Below are positions 14,135 to 27,300 of a stretch of 64,000 bases of DNA, in pieces. Both the position numbers and the translations under genes were made by a program. The stretch comes from Eledone cirrhosa (taxonomy: Eukaryota), in assembly GCA_964016885.1 (NCBI GenBank), contig OZ024741.1, forward strand, positions 151,404,001-151,468,000, written 5' to 3'. Each line of letters starts with the position of its first letter. Position 1 is the stretch's first letter. The notes below the pieces were generated by a model that had not been told where the DNA came from, made no database searches, and saw nothing but the letters and a program-made list of their open reading frames with translations.

Positions 14135-17100
14135 ATCGTACCTAGATAGGGTTCTAGTTTGAAATAAGGATAGGGACATGTTAAGCTGTCCGCAAATGTT
14201 CATGGTTGCCTATTCAGATCACAAACTAGTGACCTGCATGGTCAACCTTGATAGAACCCATAGACAAGGACCCGGCTACTGGAAGCTGAACTTGTCGTTA
14301 CCAACATGCAAAGCCTACAGTAGACGGATTAGCACTTTAGTTAAACAGCACTTGACAGGGGCCATTGTCAACAACAGATGGTGGTACTCTATCAAGAGGG
14401 CAGTTAGATTAGACTTGTTAGTTTTTAGTAAAGAATTAGCGTTAGTTAGACATAGGACCGATAAGGAACTGGTAGATAAAGTAGAAGAGGCAATTAGAAG
14501 TAGCAACGTAGCCAGCGTGCTAGCAACGAGAACGGCCTTGGACCAGTTCTTCGACGCAAAGCACGAGGGCTGCGTTGTCAGAAGCAAAATACGTGCTCTG
14601 GGAAACGAGGAAGCCAAAGCTATTAGCTGGGCCCGAGGCAAAAAGTGGCAACAAGTCCACGATTCGGTCTTTGAAAGACCAAGACAGACGCGTGATACGT
14701 GAGCCGAAGCAGATGTGTGCTGCCTTTCAGCGGCACTTTGCTCAACTGTTCGGGTAGGGAGGGGCGCCGGGAGGGCCTAGCGCGACTCTCGGACAGCGAG
14801 GCGAAGTTCTGCGAAAAGCCAATTTCAGCCGCTGAGGTAGGGGATGCGCTGAACCAATGCAAACGCAAATCTCCAGGTCTCGACGGTCTACCCTACGAAT
14901 TTTACGTAGCAATGCCGGACTTATTCTCCGGTCTCCTGGAAGCGGTCTACTGCAACTGGCAGCAGAACGGGAGAATTCCCAGTTCTGTGACCGAGGGCAT
15001 AGTCACACTACGAGAATAAGGGGAATGACATAGGCAACTTCCGTCCCATAACTCTGCTAAACACAGAGTTACAGATTTTGGCCAAGGTGTTGGCAAAGAG
15101 GCTGGCACTTGTCGTCGAGAACCTGGTGGGAGAAGCGCAGATATGCGCAATCCCGACCAGGTCCATACACGACAACCTCCACCTCATGCGATACATCATA
15201 GAGAGGGTAGGATGTAAACCCGGCTTCGGTGGGGCCCTGATCAACTTGGATCAGTCTAAGGCTTTCGATAGAGTTGACCATCGTTACCCGGATGCGGTGC
15301 TCGAGGCGGAAGGCTTCGGACACGTGTTCAGGGGCTGGATTGCTGCAATGCACAACAGTAACATCTGCTCAAGGGTCAAGGTGAACGGCTACCTCTCGGA
15401 GCCGTTCCATATCACGGGATCCATTCGACAGGGATGCCCTCTCTCATCCCTTCTATACGTACTGACTCTCGAGCCACTACTGCGGAAGTTGGAGCTATTG
15501 CAGGGCATCCCTCTGGAACCGGGACTGCGGAAAACGGCGTCGGCCTACGCCGACGACGTGACAGTAATGGTGTCGAGCGCCTCACACATCGCGGAAGTCG
15601 GCACCTTACTGAAGGAATACGAAAGATTCACAGGAGCGAAGGTGAACCGGGACAAGTCCATTGGTTTGCAACTCGGATCGTGGAGAGGCAAACCGATGCT
15701 TTCCGATGACGTTGTCTGACGCTGGACGGAAGGACCGGTAAAGCTGCTCGGGGTCTGGTTTGGTCCGGACCTACAGGTGGAAAAGAACTGGAACGAGGTG
15801 ACGGCCAAGGTGTTTGCACTCACCCAGAAGTGGGCCTAGTGCGAACTATCCTTGAAAGGTCGAGCGGAGGTGGCGAACACTTTTATAGCGTCCGCCATCT
15901 ACTACCGCTTGACCGTCGTGCCTTGTCCAGTTAAAACGCTCACCAAAATAAAGCGCGCGCTCTTCCAGTTTCCTTTGGAGGAGGCGGGCTCCTTTGGTGA
16001 GAAGATCCATCTGCTGCCAACACCCTTCCAACGGAGGACTGGGGTTGCCGTGGCTGACGATGCGCAAACACGCGCTCAGGTTGCGGCATCTCTACGTATT
16101 CCTCACCGGACAACCGTTGTGGGATCTGTTCGTGAAGCTAGCCTTCCCACGACTAGTCTCGCTGACCGAGCTGCAGTCCTGGGGCAAGCAAAGATCGAGG
16201 AAAATGGGCGACTGGCACATCGAATGTGCTCAGGCGCTCACAGTCCTCTGGCAGGCGGACCCGGCGATCAGTGGAGACTCCACTTCGTCATTCTATAGAG
16301 GGTTGGTCCGCAGCAAGCGACGACGCATTCGGTGAAACTATAGGCGTAGAGTAAGACGAACTGGCCAGACTGTTCGGTAGGACCCTCCGCCCGGGACCGA
16401 TGGACAACTTCCAAAAGTCCCTGGCCTGGCAGTGCTACCGAGGAGCTCTACCAGTTCGAGACAAACTCTACAGATATAGGCGCCCGGGCAGGGACCCTTC
16501 GAAAAAGATCTGTCCGAGGTGCGTGCGAGACGAATAAACCGTCGCGCACGCATTCATACACTGCCCGGGCGTTACCGACCTGTGGGACTATGTAGAACGA
16601 CTATTGTCGCGGGTGGGACCAATCCGGTTTACCACCAAGTCCATTGTCATGATCAAACCGCCACCCTCCTTCAAAAACGAAGTAGAGGCGGTTTTCCTTT
16701 GTGTGATAGCTATGGCGAAAGAGGTTGTATGGTGGACAAGGTTGAAAGGGCTGAGGTCAGACACCTTTATCTCCGGCCAACAACTGATTCTTTTTTCAAA
16801 TACCACTTTGGAAGAAGAATCAGGATGGAGAGAGAGGTGCTGTACCCCAGCAAGTTTTATGAAAGGTGGGTGAAAGTGGCGAGAATGGCCCGAGTGAATG
16901 GGCCTTCTCTCTATATCAGCCTGTAGGTTGAGGAAAAAGAGGAGGAGAGGAAAGGGGTACAAACTCTTCGTACTCCTGGAGATGAGGGTTGCACACTTTT
17001 TCGGGGGTGTGTGTTACCCATATGTAATGTCTCCCTATCGGGGAAAATCGATTAACTTTTAAATTGTATTTGTGATAGTATTTTACACGTTTTTATAGTA

Positions 17101-17161
17101 TGTAAACTTCCCTCTTTGTATTTGTCCCCTTCTTTTGTGCCCCTGTAGCTAATAAAGAAAC
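14131..17161 (+). mobile_element. Tx1/L1-group LINE, 5'-truncated, ORF2 pseudogene
   Basis: SYLDRV, YSDHKLV, GPGYWKLN, KSPGLDGLPYEFY, DQSKAFDRVDH, QGCPLS and AYADD are spread over several frames. It ends in gctaataaagaaac followed by (ATCT)n. Confidence 0.9.
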
Positions 17162-17162
17162 A

Positions 17163-17201
<39 letters not shown>

Positions 17202-17265
17202 ATATCTATCTATCTATCTATCTTAAAAGAAACATATCTATCTATATATCTGTCTATCTCTCCAC

Positions 17266-17365
<100 letters not shown>

Positions 17366-17449
17366 TTACCCCTCTCTCTATGTATATATATATATATACA
17401 CAGACATATATTTATATGTTCTCTTAAACGGTATACACATTTATTAGAA

Positions 17450-17490
17450 TGCTCTTGAAGTATGTATACATTTTTGGGGGACACCCTGTA
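17450..17490 (-). mobile_element. Possible solitary Tc1/mariner-type terminal inverted repeat
   Basis: Minus strand TA-CAGGGTGTCCCCCAAAAATGTATACA resembles common Tc1/mariner ends. No partner end was seen. Confidence 0.4.
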
Positions 17491-17514
17491 TATATACACA
17501 CATATATATATATA

Positions 17515-17900
17515 TAGTATAAAAGAGAAAACACAGGTAAGCATTAAGAGAAGGATTTTATCCAGGTATTTACGACCGTTTCATTGGTAAGTGCAACCTT
17601 ATATTGCTATACTGCAAATAGCAGCCACTCAATTATAATTGTTGTCCACAGCTCAAATTTTCACTATTTTGAAAATTTGGACTGTGAACAACAATTATAA
17701 TTGAGTGGCTGCTATTTGCAGTATAGCAATATAAGGTTGCACTTACCAATGAAACGGTCGTAAATACCTGGATAAAATCCTTCTCTTAAAGCTTACCTGT
17801 GTTTTGCTTTTTATACTTTATACTCCAAGATTGAACGGAATTCTTACAAACTTGTGGAGTTACCCTAAACCGTACGTTGAAACCGTCCATGAAACTGGCT
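17515..17900 (+). mobile_element. Fold-back pLTR-like element with HHR 3' half
   Basis: About 145-bp imperfect inverted arms (17515-17663 / 17670-17817). GAAACggtcGTA at 17751, and an extension beginning tactccaagattga. Confidence 0.7.
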
Positions 17901-17967
17901 TTCTTAACCACGAACTGGATCACAATAAGCAATTTTCTGCTTCCCTATATATATATATATATATATT

Positions 17968-18139
17968 CCATATCACGCTGAAAACACCGGTTCTCGTACG
18001 ATCACCGAAGTTAAGCAACGTAGAGCCTAGTTAGTACTTGGATGGGTGACCGCTTGGGAACCCTAGGTGCCGTAAGCATTAAAACAAGGGCGGTGCCCCA
18101 GCATGGCCTCAGCCGGATGGCTGAAACAGGTAAAAGAGT

Positions 18140-18141
<2 letters not shown>
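17968..18141 (+). mobile_element. 5S rRNA-headed SINE (SINE3-like) or chimeric 5S retrocopy
   Basis: 17968-18078 is 5S rRNA sequence lacking about 8 5' bases (ccgaagttaagca box A, gtacttggatgggtgacc box C). It has no oligo-T terminator and runs into the tail ggcggtgccccagcatggcc..ctgaaacaggtaaaagagta. It is flanked by (TA)n. Confidence 0.75.
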
Positions 18142-18171
<30 letters not shown>

Positions 18172-18243
18172 ATATAAATAAGATTTTGTACTGCCTCTTC
18201 GCTTTGTTTTTGTTTTTTTGTTTTCTGTTTTAACTATAATATA

Positions 18244-18276
<33 letters not shown>

Positions 18277-18321
18277 GTACATTTATATATATATATATAC
18301 ATATATATATGTATATGTATG

Positions 18322-18352
<31 letters not shown>

Positions 18353-19072
18353 ATGTATATGCGTGTGTGTATATATTAAGAAACTACTTTCTTCCTCTGA
18401 AGAAAGTATCCAAGAAAACACAACACGTACTATTATTGATATGTCATTATTATTTAATCCGGCTTTATTATTACTAAACAAATAAATAGACCAAGCGAGT
18501 GTGTTTATATGCTGATGAAACAGAACAACAGAGTGACAGTAAGGAGATGAAAGAGAGATTTAAGGAACGGGTGGGGCAAATAATGAAAGGATAAAACAGT
18601 GTGTGAAAGGAGAGAGGGAGAAAATCCAGACATGTAAATTATGGTATCTTATTGTGCTGCATTTTATCTAATAGGCTTTTGTTTTCAACACGCACAGTTT
18701 CACATACACACATGTATGTATGTATGTATATATGTATGTATGTATATATGTATATATGTATATATGTATGTATGTATATATGTATGTATGTATATATGTA
18801 TATATGTATGTATTTATGTATGTATATATGTATGTATGTATTTCGTTTTTGAATTTGTTTTGCAAGATTTCGTATCTGGAAACGTGTGTTGAAACAGATA
18901 TTGTTATACTTTGGGAGGTTCATGCTGTTAGTTTTCACTTCTATTTATTATACATTTCCGGTTGGTTGGTTGTTTATATTTTGTCAAAGCTCTTTCGTCA
19001 TACATTCTGTGACCTCCACAGTGACTATTTTTCTAATTTTGTGTCACTCCCTAGTTCTGTCTTACACCATCT

Positions 19073-19146
<74 letters not shown>

Positions 19147-19156
19147 GCATATATAT

Positions 19157-19290
19157 AAGTTTATCCCGGGTTCGATCGGGGGTAACCACAGTAAGTAAGG
19201 CATTCAATACAAAGCAGAGTATAAATATTTAATATAGAAAGGCTTCTACAGGACTAGAACTGTTTCATTCGGGAGAAATCATGAGGCTTC
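19157..19290 (-). mobile_element. Family A HHR mini-element (core variant CTCATGA)
   Basis: Homologous to 35460-35650, 36948-37146 and 235-275. Confidence 0.8.
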
Positions 19291-19379
19291 CTGGAAAATT
19301 TGAACAGGAACAAAACAGAGAGGCAGTACAACGAATGTTTATTAATTTTACGCTCTGGAGAGTGGGCTGGTGGTGGGGA

Positions 19380-19412
19380 ACGACGTTTCGGGCATAAGCC
19401 CTTCCTCAGGTG
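19380..19412 (-). ncRNA. Minimal type-I hammerhead motif
   Basis: Minus strand reads cac CTGAGGA a gggc ttat gccc GAAACGTC gt. Confidence 0.8.
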
Positions 19413-19536
19413 AGAAGTGTGTGGGAAGAGAGTTCAAAGGGTGTGTAGGGGAGTGGTGGAGAGACATATAGCGAAAGGGGGGTGGGAGGAAACGGTGCGA
19501 ATGAAATTAAAAATAAAAAAAAAAATAAAAAAAAAA

Positions 19537-19580
<44 letters not shown>

Positions 19581-19629
19581 GTGTGTGCGTGTGTGTGTGT
19601 CTGTGTGTGTGTGTGTGTTATATTAAATC

Positions 19630-20148
19630 ACATCGAGATCAACTTTGCTTTTCATCCATTATAGGTTGATAAAACGTACCAGTCTAATACAGGAGTCAAT
19701 TCTTCCTCTACATCTCTTTCTCACTTTTATCCTTCTCTGGAAGAAATCTGCTGTATTCACACCTGGAGAGGATTGGGCTCCGCCAGGTTTAAGAATGCCC
19801 TAGAAACACCGTATATACTGCATATCCTTACAGGGTCGATAAAATAAAGTATCACTAATGTACTGGTGTCGATTTAATCATCTTTCCCCTCCACAAAATC
19901 GTTGGTCAGAAACTATTAATATTTATTCGGCTGGTTGATTGACAGTATCGGTAGAGCGTCGGACAACATGCTGTGTGGCATAGAGTTACGTCTTTTTACT
20001 TTCTGAGTTCAAATCCTGCCGTGGCTGGCTTTGCCTTTCATCCTTATAGAGTCGAAAAAATAAAGTACTAGTAACGCTCTGGGGTCGATCTAATCGACTT
20101 TCTCTTCCCCCAAAATTGTTGGGCTTGTGCTTAACTCAGAAACTATTA
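19630..20148 (+). mobile_element. Cluster of older tRNA-SINE copies and fragments (fullest 19929-20148)
   Basis: Repeated tttgcctttcatcc..gtcgataaaataaagta central block, with a B box at about 20005. Confidence 0.75.
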
Positions 20149-20190
20149 CATGTATATTTATATATTATATATATATATATATTATATATG

Positions 20191-20252
<62 letters not shown>

Positions 20253-21503
20253 GGTGTGGTAAAATACCAGGTGGACCATAATGCACCAGAATACTCGATA
20301 CTTGGGGTAGTAGAGTGGGTAATATGAAAAGAATCAGGAGTCCGACGGCTGAGCTCCAGCCGTTTCGACTGCTAGATCCTATGAGGAAGATGGAGAGTAC
20401 GAGCGGTAATTATGCTGATGAAGGTGATAGTGCTAAATAAATGTGATCTATACATGAGAGCCAGAAGTATATACCATGCCTGAAGTGTTTGAAAACAGAG
20501 CTTTCATGACATGCCCTACATCAACACCACCATATACCACTGGCTAGTAGCATTTTGACGTTGCCCGCCACGAATATGTATGAAGAGTAGTGTAATGGCA
20601 TAGATGATGGGTTTTAATGGGCCTACATTAAATAAGCGGATGTACGTTGGCGGCAACAAGAGATAGAAAACACTTGTTTTTCGTGTTTAGAGTAATCCGC
20701 CTTCTCGCTTCCTTCTCTGGATCCATTTCTCCTTCTGTTGTTTGTCTATATTGATATAGCTATTTATCATCTATTCATGTATTAAAATATCCTTATTGTT
20801 ATTGTTGATATCACCATTTTACTCGATAAAGATCCCATTGTTTATTTCTGTTGTTTGCTCCCACTTTGTGGTCTCCCAAATGTCTTTTTTCGCTTGTATC
20901 CAATACAAGAAGCCATCAATATCATCGCCACTATCAGCTCCCTCATAATAATACTCATCAACATCATCATCATCAGGAAAATCATATTCATGTAACGAAA
21001 CAACGTATCACTAGCGATCGACCGATGAGTTGGGACAGACATTTTTTGGCCTTATTTATTTTTGTCTTCATCCATATATATTTTATTCCCTTTGTATAAT
21101 TTTAGCCATGCGGGACTCTCTTTCCAAATTGCTATATCAAAACACATCTATTTGTATATGCGCTACAAATTATGTGCATGTTATGCAGAGATAGATATAG
21201 ATATAGAGAGGGGGAGAGATTAGTGGTAATTTATATAGAGAGGAAGGTTGGGCGAGTGTGTTGTATATTAGATATAGAGAGGGGGAGAGTTAATGAATAG
21301 AGTGAGAGGATTAATAGAGATAGGTATTGATAGACATAGAGAGGGGGAGAGTTTGGTAGTGATGGATAGAATGAGAGGGAATGAGAGAGAGGGTTGTATG
21401 GTAGATATAGAGAAGGGGATAGTTTGAGGGAGTGGGGCACGCCCCCAATAATTATATCCCCCACCCCTAAACTACCAATACACACATCTATATATATATG
21501 TAT

Positions 21504-21579
<76 letters not shown>

Positions 21580-21584
<5 letters not shown>

Positions 21585-21753
21585 GGTAAGGAACCAGATG
21601 GACCATAACGCACCAGAGTACTCAATACTTAGGGTAGTAGAGTGGGAAATAGGAAAAAGTATGACCCCGACGGCAGAGCTCAAGCCGTTTCGACGTCCAG
21701 AAATAGCCGTCGAAAAGGCTTGAGCTCTGCCTTCGGGGTCATACTTTTTCCTA
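21580..21753 (-). mobile_element. Family D fold-back mini-element
   Basis: Near-identical to 9760-9937, with (TA)n on both sides. Confidence 0.85.
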
Positions 21754-22250
21754 TATATATATGTGTGTGTGTGTGTGTGCGTGGGTGTGTATGTGTGTGT
21801 ATATACATATGGATAGATAGTTAGATATACATACATATATGTAGACTTTTGGAGGGCCATACTCCTAATAAAAACACCCGCTGCACCTGGGGTTAGTTTC
21901 GGGTTAAATCATTCTTTAAGTCATTAATCCATTTCCCAGATAGCTTAGTAGTTGGTTGGCTATTTACTCATCAAATCTCTTTCGTATAAACATTGTGACC
22001 TTCTCAATGACAATATTTGATCGTCTGCGCCTCTTCTTCTTTTTGATTTCCTTTTATTTACTCAATCTTCTTTTTCTCAGGTGTGTATGCGGTACGTACA
22101 TGCATGTGTTTGGCCTGAGTGCGAGTGTTTTTCTTGGCAGCATGACCTCCCCAAACTATAATAATACTTGTTTTATCACACCAGTTCACATCACGGATCT
22201 TACAAGTCAATTACAAAATCGAAGTATACACACATACAAATCTATATAAA

Positions 22251-22369
<119 letters not shown>

Positions 22370-22514
22370 ATATATATATATAAATATATATATTTATATA
22401 TATATGCATGTATATATATATGTGTGTGTGTGTGTGTGTTATTGTATGTATATATATGTATCTGTCTACTATCATTTACATTTCATTTGTGTGTGTGTGT
22501 GTGGGGGGGGGGGG

Positions 22515-22615
<101 letters not shown>

Positions 22616-23194
22616 TGTATCTATATGTATGTATCTATATATATAGTTTGCGATTTTCAGACGAGAAATTATGATAACTATATATTAGAGGAATACATTG
22701 TAATTGTTGTTGTAGCTATCGTTAATATTATAACATATCTGTCTTATAATTGTCCGAGGGTGACATTATCGATTTTTACGTGATTAGGCGCCATTCATCA
22801 GCTTTAACATTGTAAACTCTATGTCTAAGAATGCGCGGAATCTACTTCCTTGCGTAGTCTTTCTCGTTACAGAAAACGATAATTATGCATCTGCAAATTA
22901 ATATTTCAGCAGATTGACGACAAACGACTGCACACTGCTTTCTACTGTACGCAACAAATTACAAGCACTATTATGCACTTCAGAATATGTAACCGTGAAA
23001 TATGTGATATGTTGAAATACATCGCTTTTACACAACACGAAATAAAAAAGGCTAATGATATGTTACGAAATTTCAGCTAAATATCTCCCTGAAATTACAT
23101 CCTATCTGATACACAAAACGGCGATGTATGTATGTACAAGTATAATTATATATATATATATTTATATCTCTCTCTCTCTATATATATATATATA

Positions 23195-23909
23195 ATTAGA
23201 AAATAGAATAACTTTCACCGTACTTTTGACTAAAGAAATGTTAGCCTGTTAATGGGGTTTAGAACCCTCAGATAAATGGAAAAAGATGAGTATTGTCATA
23301 CATGGGAGTCGAACTCACATCTTTAGTTATCCAGACCACTGTGCTACCATTACACCAACACATCACCCATCTTCTTTCATTCAAATTAGAAGCTACATTC
23401 TTAGCGAGCATAAATGACAAGTAAGTATGTTTTGAAACAGTGAGCGGGTTTGAAATTATAAAATAGAATAGCTTTCACCGTACTTTTGACTAAAGAAATT
23501 TTAGCCTGACAATGGGGTTTAGAACCCTCAGATAAATGGAAAAAGATGAGTATTGTCATACATGGGAGTCGAACCCACATCTTTAGTTATCCAGACCACT
23601 GTGCTACCATTACACCAACACATCACCCATCTTCTTTCATTCAAATTAGAAGCTACATTCTTAGCGAGCATAAATGACAAGTAAGTATGTTTTGAAACAG
23701 TGAGCGGGTTTGAAATTATAAAATAGAATAGCTTTCACCGTACTTTTGACTAAAGAAATTTTAGCCTGACAATGGGGTTTAGAACCCTCAGATAAATGGA
23801 AAAAGATGAGTATTGACGTACATGGGAGTCGAACCCACATGTACGCCAATACTCATCTTTTTCTATTTATCTGAGGGTTCTAAACCCCATTATCAGGCTA
23901 ACATTTCTT
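23195..23909 (-). repeat. 260-bp tandem (about 2.5 units) with a tRNA-like head in each unit and a terminal inverted arm
   Basis: tacttttgac at 23221, 23481 and 23741. Minus-strand A box TGGTGTAATGG and B box GGTTCGACTCC at 23295-23364 and 23555-23624. Inverted arm 23838-23909. A dispersed relative lies at 63771-63915. Confidence 0.85.
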
Positions 23910-24318
23910 ATCTCTCTCTATATATATATGTGATGGTTGCCCCCTCATTATCGAGTATGGCCATTGCACGATATACCATTATTAATAATTATTAATTAAT
24001 TCTATCGTGCAATGCCTGTGCGTGAAGATATTTTTTAAAGTGAGGAAAGACTGTGCACTGAGCCAATCCCACTCTCTGAGCGACAGTATCTATAACCCGA
24101 AAAGAAGAAAAGATCAACATCATCGGTAACTACTGAGCCGCAGGTTTTATATTGGAGTTATCCCAGTTTCCTGAGTTGCCCTCTCCTAGAAGAATGCCCT
24201 GAAAAATGCTAGGGGTCCTTCACTCCCAGTGGTTTAACCGCGCGATCGGGTGTGCAGACCAACTTTTTCTATGTCCCCGCGCATATACATACATATGCGT
24301 ATACATACATATATATGC

Positions 24319-24431
<113 letters not shown>

Positions 24432-24477
24432 TATAAGTGTGTGTATGTAGCCATATATAAATATTTATTTATCTTCT

Positions 24478-25505
24478 CTCACTTATTGCTGGGAGGACTT
24501 TGGGGTAGATTCCTCAAACACTCCTTCGAGCGGGCTGTATCAGAAACAACCGTCTCCAACTGATCCGACTGGATCCCCAAGTGAGACCAGCCATGCTGAT
24601 ACATATTATCCAACCATCTTGCTCGGGGTCTACTCCTGGGTGTTCTGTCGGTTGGTTTTGACCGTAAAATCTGTCCAGTGATTCTTTCCTGAGACATTCT
24701 AACCACATGCCCCTGGCATCAGAGCTGTACTCCCTCAGTTCGGAGAAGTAGCAGCTCTACCTGAAGTGAATCTCTGATCCCCTATCTACGCATTCTATCG
24801 AATAACGTTACTCCAAAAACCCCTCGGTGGAATTCAATTTCGGCTGCTTGTATTCGCAAGATTATCGACCATAGGTAAGGGTTGGCACGAATACCGAACT
24901 GAAGATAACGATTTTGGCTTTTTCACCTAGTTCCCTTCTCAGATTAGCGAATGCTGAAGCTGGCACATTACTGCACCAGCTCCTGCAGTTCTTGCACTTA
25001 ATTTAGCCTTTTGCCTTCCATCACCGAGAAATCGTAGGAGTGTTGCCAAGAAGTATATTCTAGTTTTGCAGACATCGGGACCTGCTGTGTAAGCTTTTGC
25101 AAGAGTATGAGATTGATGGTCAGCTTCTTGCTGCCCTGATATCTCTATATGAATGCCTGAGTATTTGTGTTTGAATAAACCATTGAATGTGGGAACCGGA
25201 CTCTACCATGGGTACGTACTTTTACCCCTCCTCTTCATTATTTTCATGAACAAGATTGATATGCGCAGCCAGGTTGGAAGTGGTATCATAACTGGCAGGT
25301 GTAAAATCTGTCGACTGGAATCTGCTGACGACATGGTGTTCTTAAATCGACAGAAGGTGATCTACGAATTACACTTGATAGGTTTGATGCCGAGTGCTGC
25401 ATGGTTGGAATGAAAATCAGTCCTGCGAAAACTGAGACACTCGTCCTCGCAGTGCAATCTGCCTGTAAATGGAGTTCCACTGAAGCTGGTATAGAAGTTT
25501 ACTTA
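24478..25505 (-). mobile_element. Degenerate RTE-like LINE 3' part with an inverted RT segment
   Basis: Minus 24479-25022 has IFSSVFVPTLTYG, GHVVRM and RPRARWLD. Plus 25025-25505 has PLLFIIFM, SADDMVF and GMKISPAKTETL. Confidence 0.75.
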
Positions 25506-26494
25506 CATTTATTCATAAACATATAAGTATATTTGAAAATGTGTTAATCTTCAGGAGCCTTATCTTTAATGTTAATGCGCTTGCACTCTATTCGAGGAAT
25601 ACAGAATTCAATTTTCCGTAGCGATTGCTGGTCATTTTTTTCTCTCTAGAAATATTTCACCTGATTTTCCAATCTATTCTTTATAGCTATAACCCTATGT
25701 TATAGTTATCTTTTGCGTTTGTGATACCTACATTTTCAAATTTAAAATTCCACAAGGATCCGATAATTCATGATATACATAAACCCTCATACACCCATTC
25801 ATAATTGTCTGCGTATATGTGCATTAATCGTTCATTTTATGATATAAGAGTAGTCATAACAGGGAATTGGCAATTGTTGTTATCGACGTTTTGTTCGGGA
25901 AAACCTACGATAAAACCATAAGCAAAAATATTGCATAGTTAGCAATATATAGAAATTTCATAGGTTGCCGAGCAATAAGGAAAACATTGGAGAATGGTTG
26001 ACCCATTCATCTATTCACGAGTAAAAATTCGTAATGTTTTTGTTGAACTGTTGAAAGTTAAGAGCCGCCTAAGCAACAGAGTAATTGTATTTTAACGAAA
26101 TAATCAATTATTAGGAGTGCGGTTAACATAATTCATAATGGTTTATTGTAGGTTCATTGTTAGTCAGCAACAAATGAAGGAATAAAATAAAGACTGATGG
26201 AAGTAATGGGAAAAAACAATATCGATAATGAAAAATTATATATTTCATGAGAACGAAAAAACTATCAGGACAAACAAAATTAGTTTTTTTTATTAAATAA
26301 AGACGCCATCTGGGCTACAGAAAAGAAAAGTCATTAATAAAGGAAGATATTAGAGATGAATTCACTATCAATAACGGACTTACACGTAGTCTCCGCCTAC
26401 CAAATTTCTCTCGGAAGATGATACTTAGCTCATAGCACTTCCTGAAGTTGCGATGCAGTGGGACCGAACCTAAAACCTCCTCTCTGAGAAGCGA

Positions 26495-26555
<61 letters not shown>

Positions 26556-26680
26556 TGTGTGTGTGTATATAAATATTAATTGAAATGGTTTGAAACGTCA
26601 TATATATATGTGTGTGTGTGTGTATGTGTGTGTGTGTTGTGTATGTGTGTGTGTAAATATTAATTGAAAAGGTTGGAAAC

Positions 26681-26721
<41 letters not shown>

Positions 26722-26899
26722 GGGGGGGGTATACATTAAAAGCAACAACAGTAAACCGCACTGGAAATTTACTTTAGAATTTTAAGATCACGAAAGCACT
26801 ATCATATTTCGATGGCCCAGCCTTATCCTTCGATTATGATGCAAGTCTTTGACGACTTCATCAGTTGTTAATTGCAGAATTATTTCCATAAGACAATAC

Positions 26900-27300
26900 A
26901 ATTACGTTGAACACAACCAAAGTAGAAAATAGAAAATAGAAGACCGATTTGAGGCTGTCCCCGAATCGTTCCTCTATTTTTTATTTTTTATTCTCTGTTT
27001 GTGTTCGACGTCTTATGGAACTAATTCTGCAATTAACACCTAATGAAGTTTTGCCGACTTTACGTAGGAAATAAGCAGTGCGGGGACCAAGGACTCCAGA
27101 AGTCTCGACGGAGATAGATGCAAAGAGAAAGCGATCGGTCAGGTTCCGGTATTTGACTATCTTCTCCTCCGCATTGCGGGTAGCGGGGCCCGGGTTTGTG
27201 GCTGAAGTGACATAGCTGGTGGTGGAGAATGAGTCCTGCACATCGCGTCCCAAATTACGGATTTGCATTCCACCCCTCCTCGAAAGGGAAGTGGGTTAAT
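26900..27300 (-). pseudogene. CRE-like non-LTR retrotransposon relic (restriction-like endonuclease C-terminus)
   Basis: KSVIWDA..DSFSTTSY..AEEKIVKYRNL..F..ISVETSGVLGP..FLRKVGK matches the CRE-clade RLE pattern by recognition. Confidence 0.65.

Noticed and set aside
17968-18078. Functional 5S rRNA gene
   Set aside because: It lacks the first bases and upstream flank, has no oligo-T terminator, is fused to a SINE-like tail and is not in an array.
20400-20710. Degenerate PLE GIY-YIG C-terminus (also 63570-63722 minus)
   Set aside because: Only faint frameshifted similarity, which would need a profile search to support.
23295-23624. Functional tRNA genes
   Set aside because: The acceptor stem barely pairs and the anticodon arm is non-canonical.
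23195-23909. A bona fide hammerhead in the 260-bp unit
   Set aside because: CTGAGGG (minus) and CTGACAA/CTGATAA (plus) fail the core consensus, and the stems are unconvincing.
23930-24280. RTE-type 5' UTR or SINE fragment on minus
   Set aside because: Only a vague resemblance from memory, with no second copy in the window.
25560-26340. Host exon in non-repetitive DNA (also 2640-3120 and 22660-23100)
   Set aside because: No sustained frame or recognisable motif was found. Short exons cannot be ruled out by eye.
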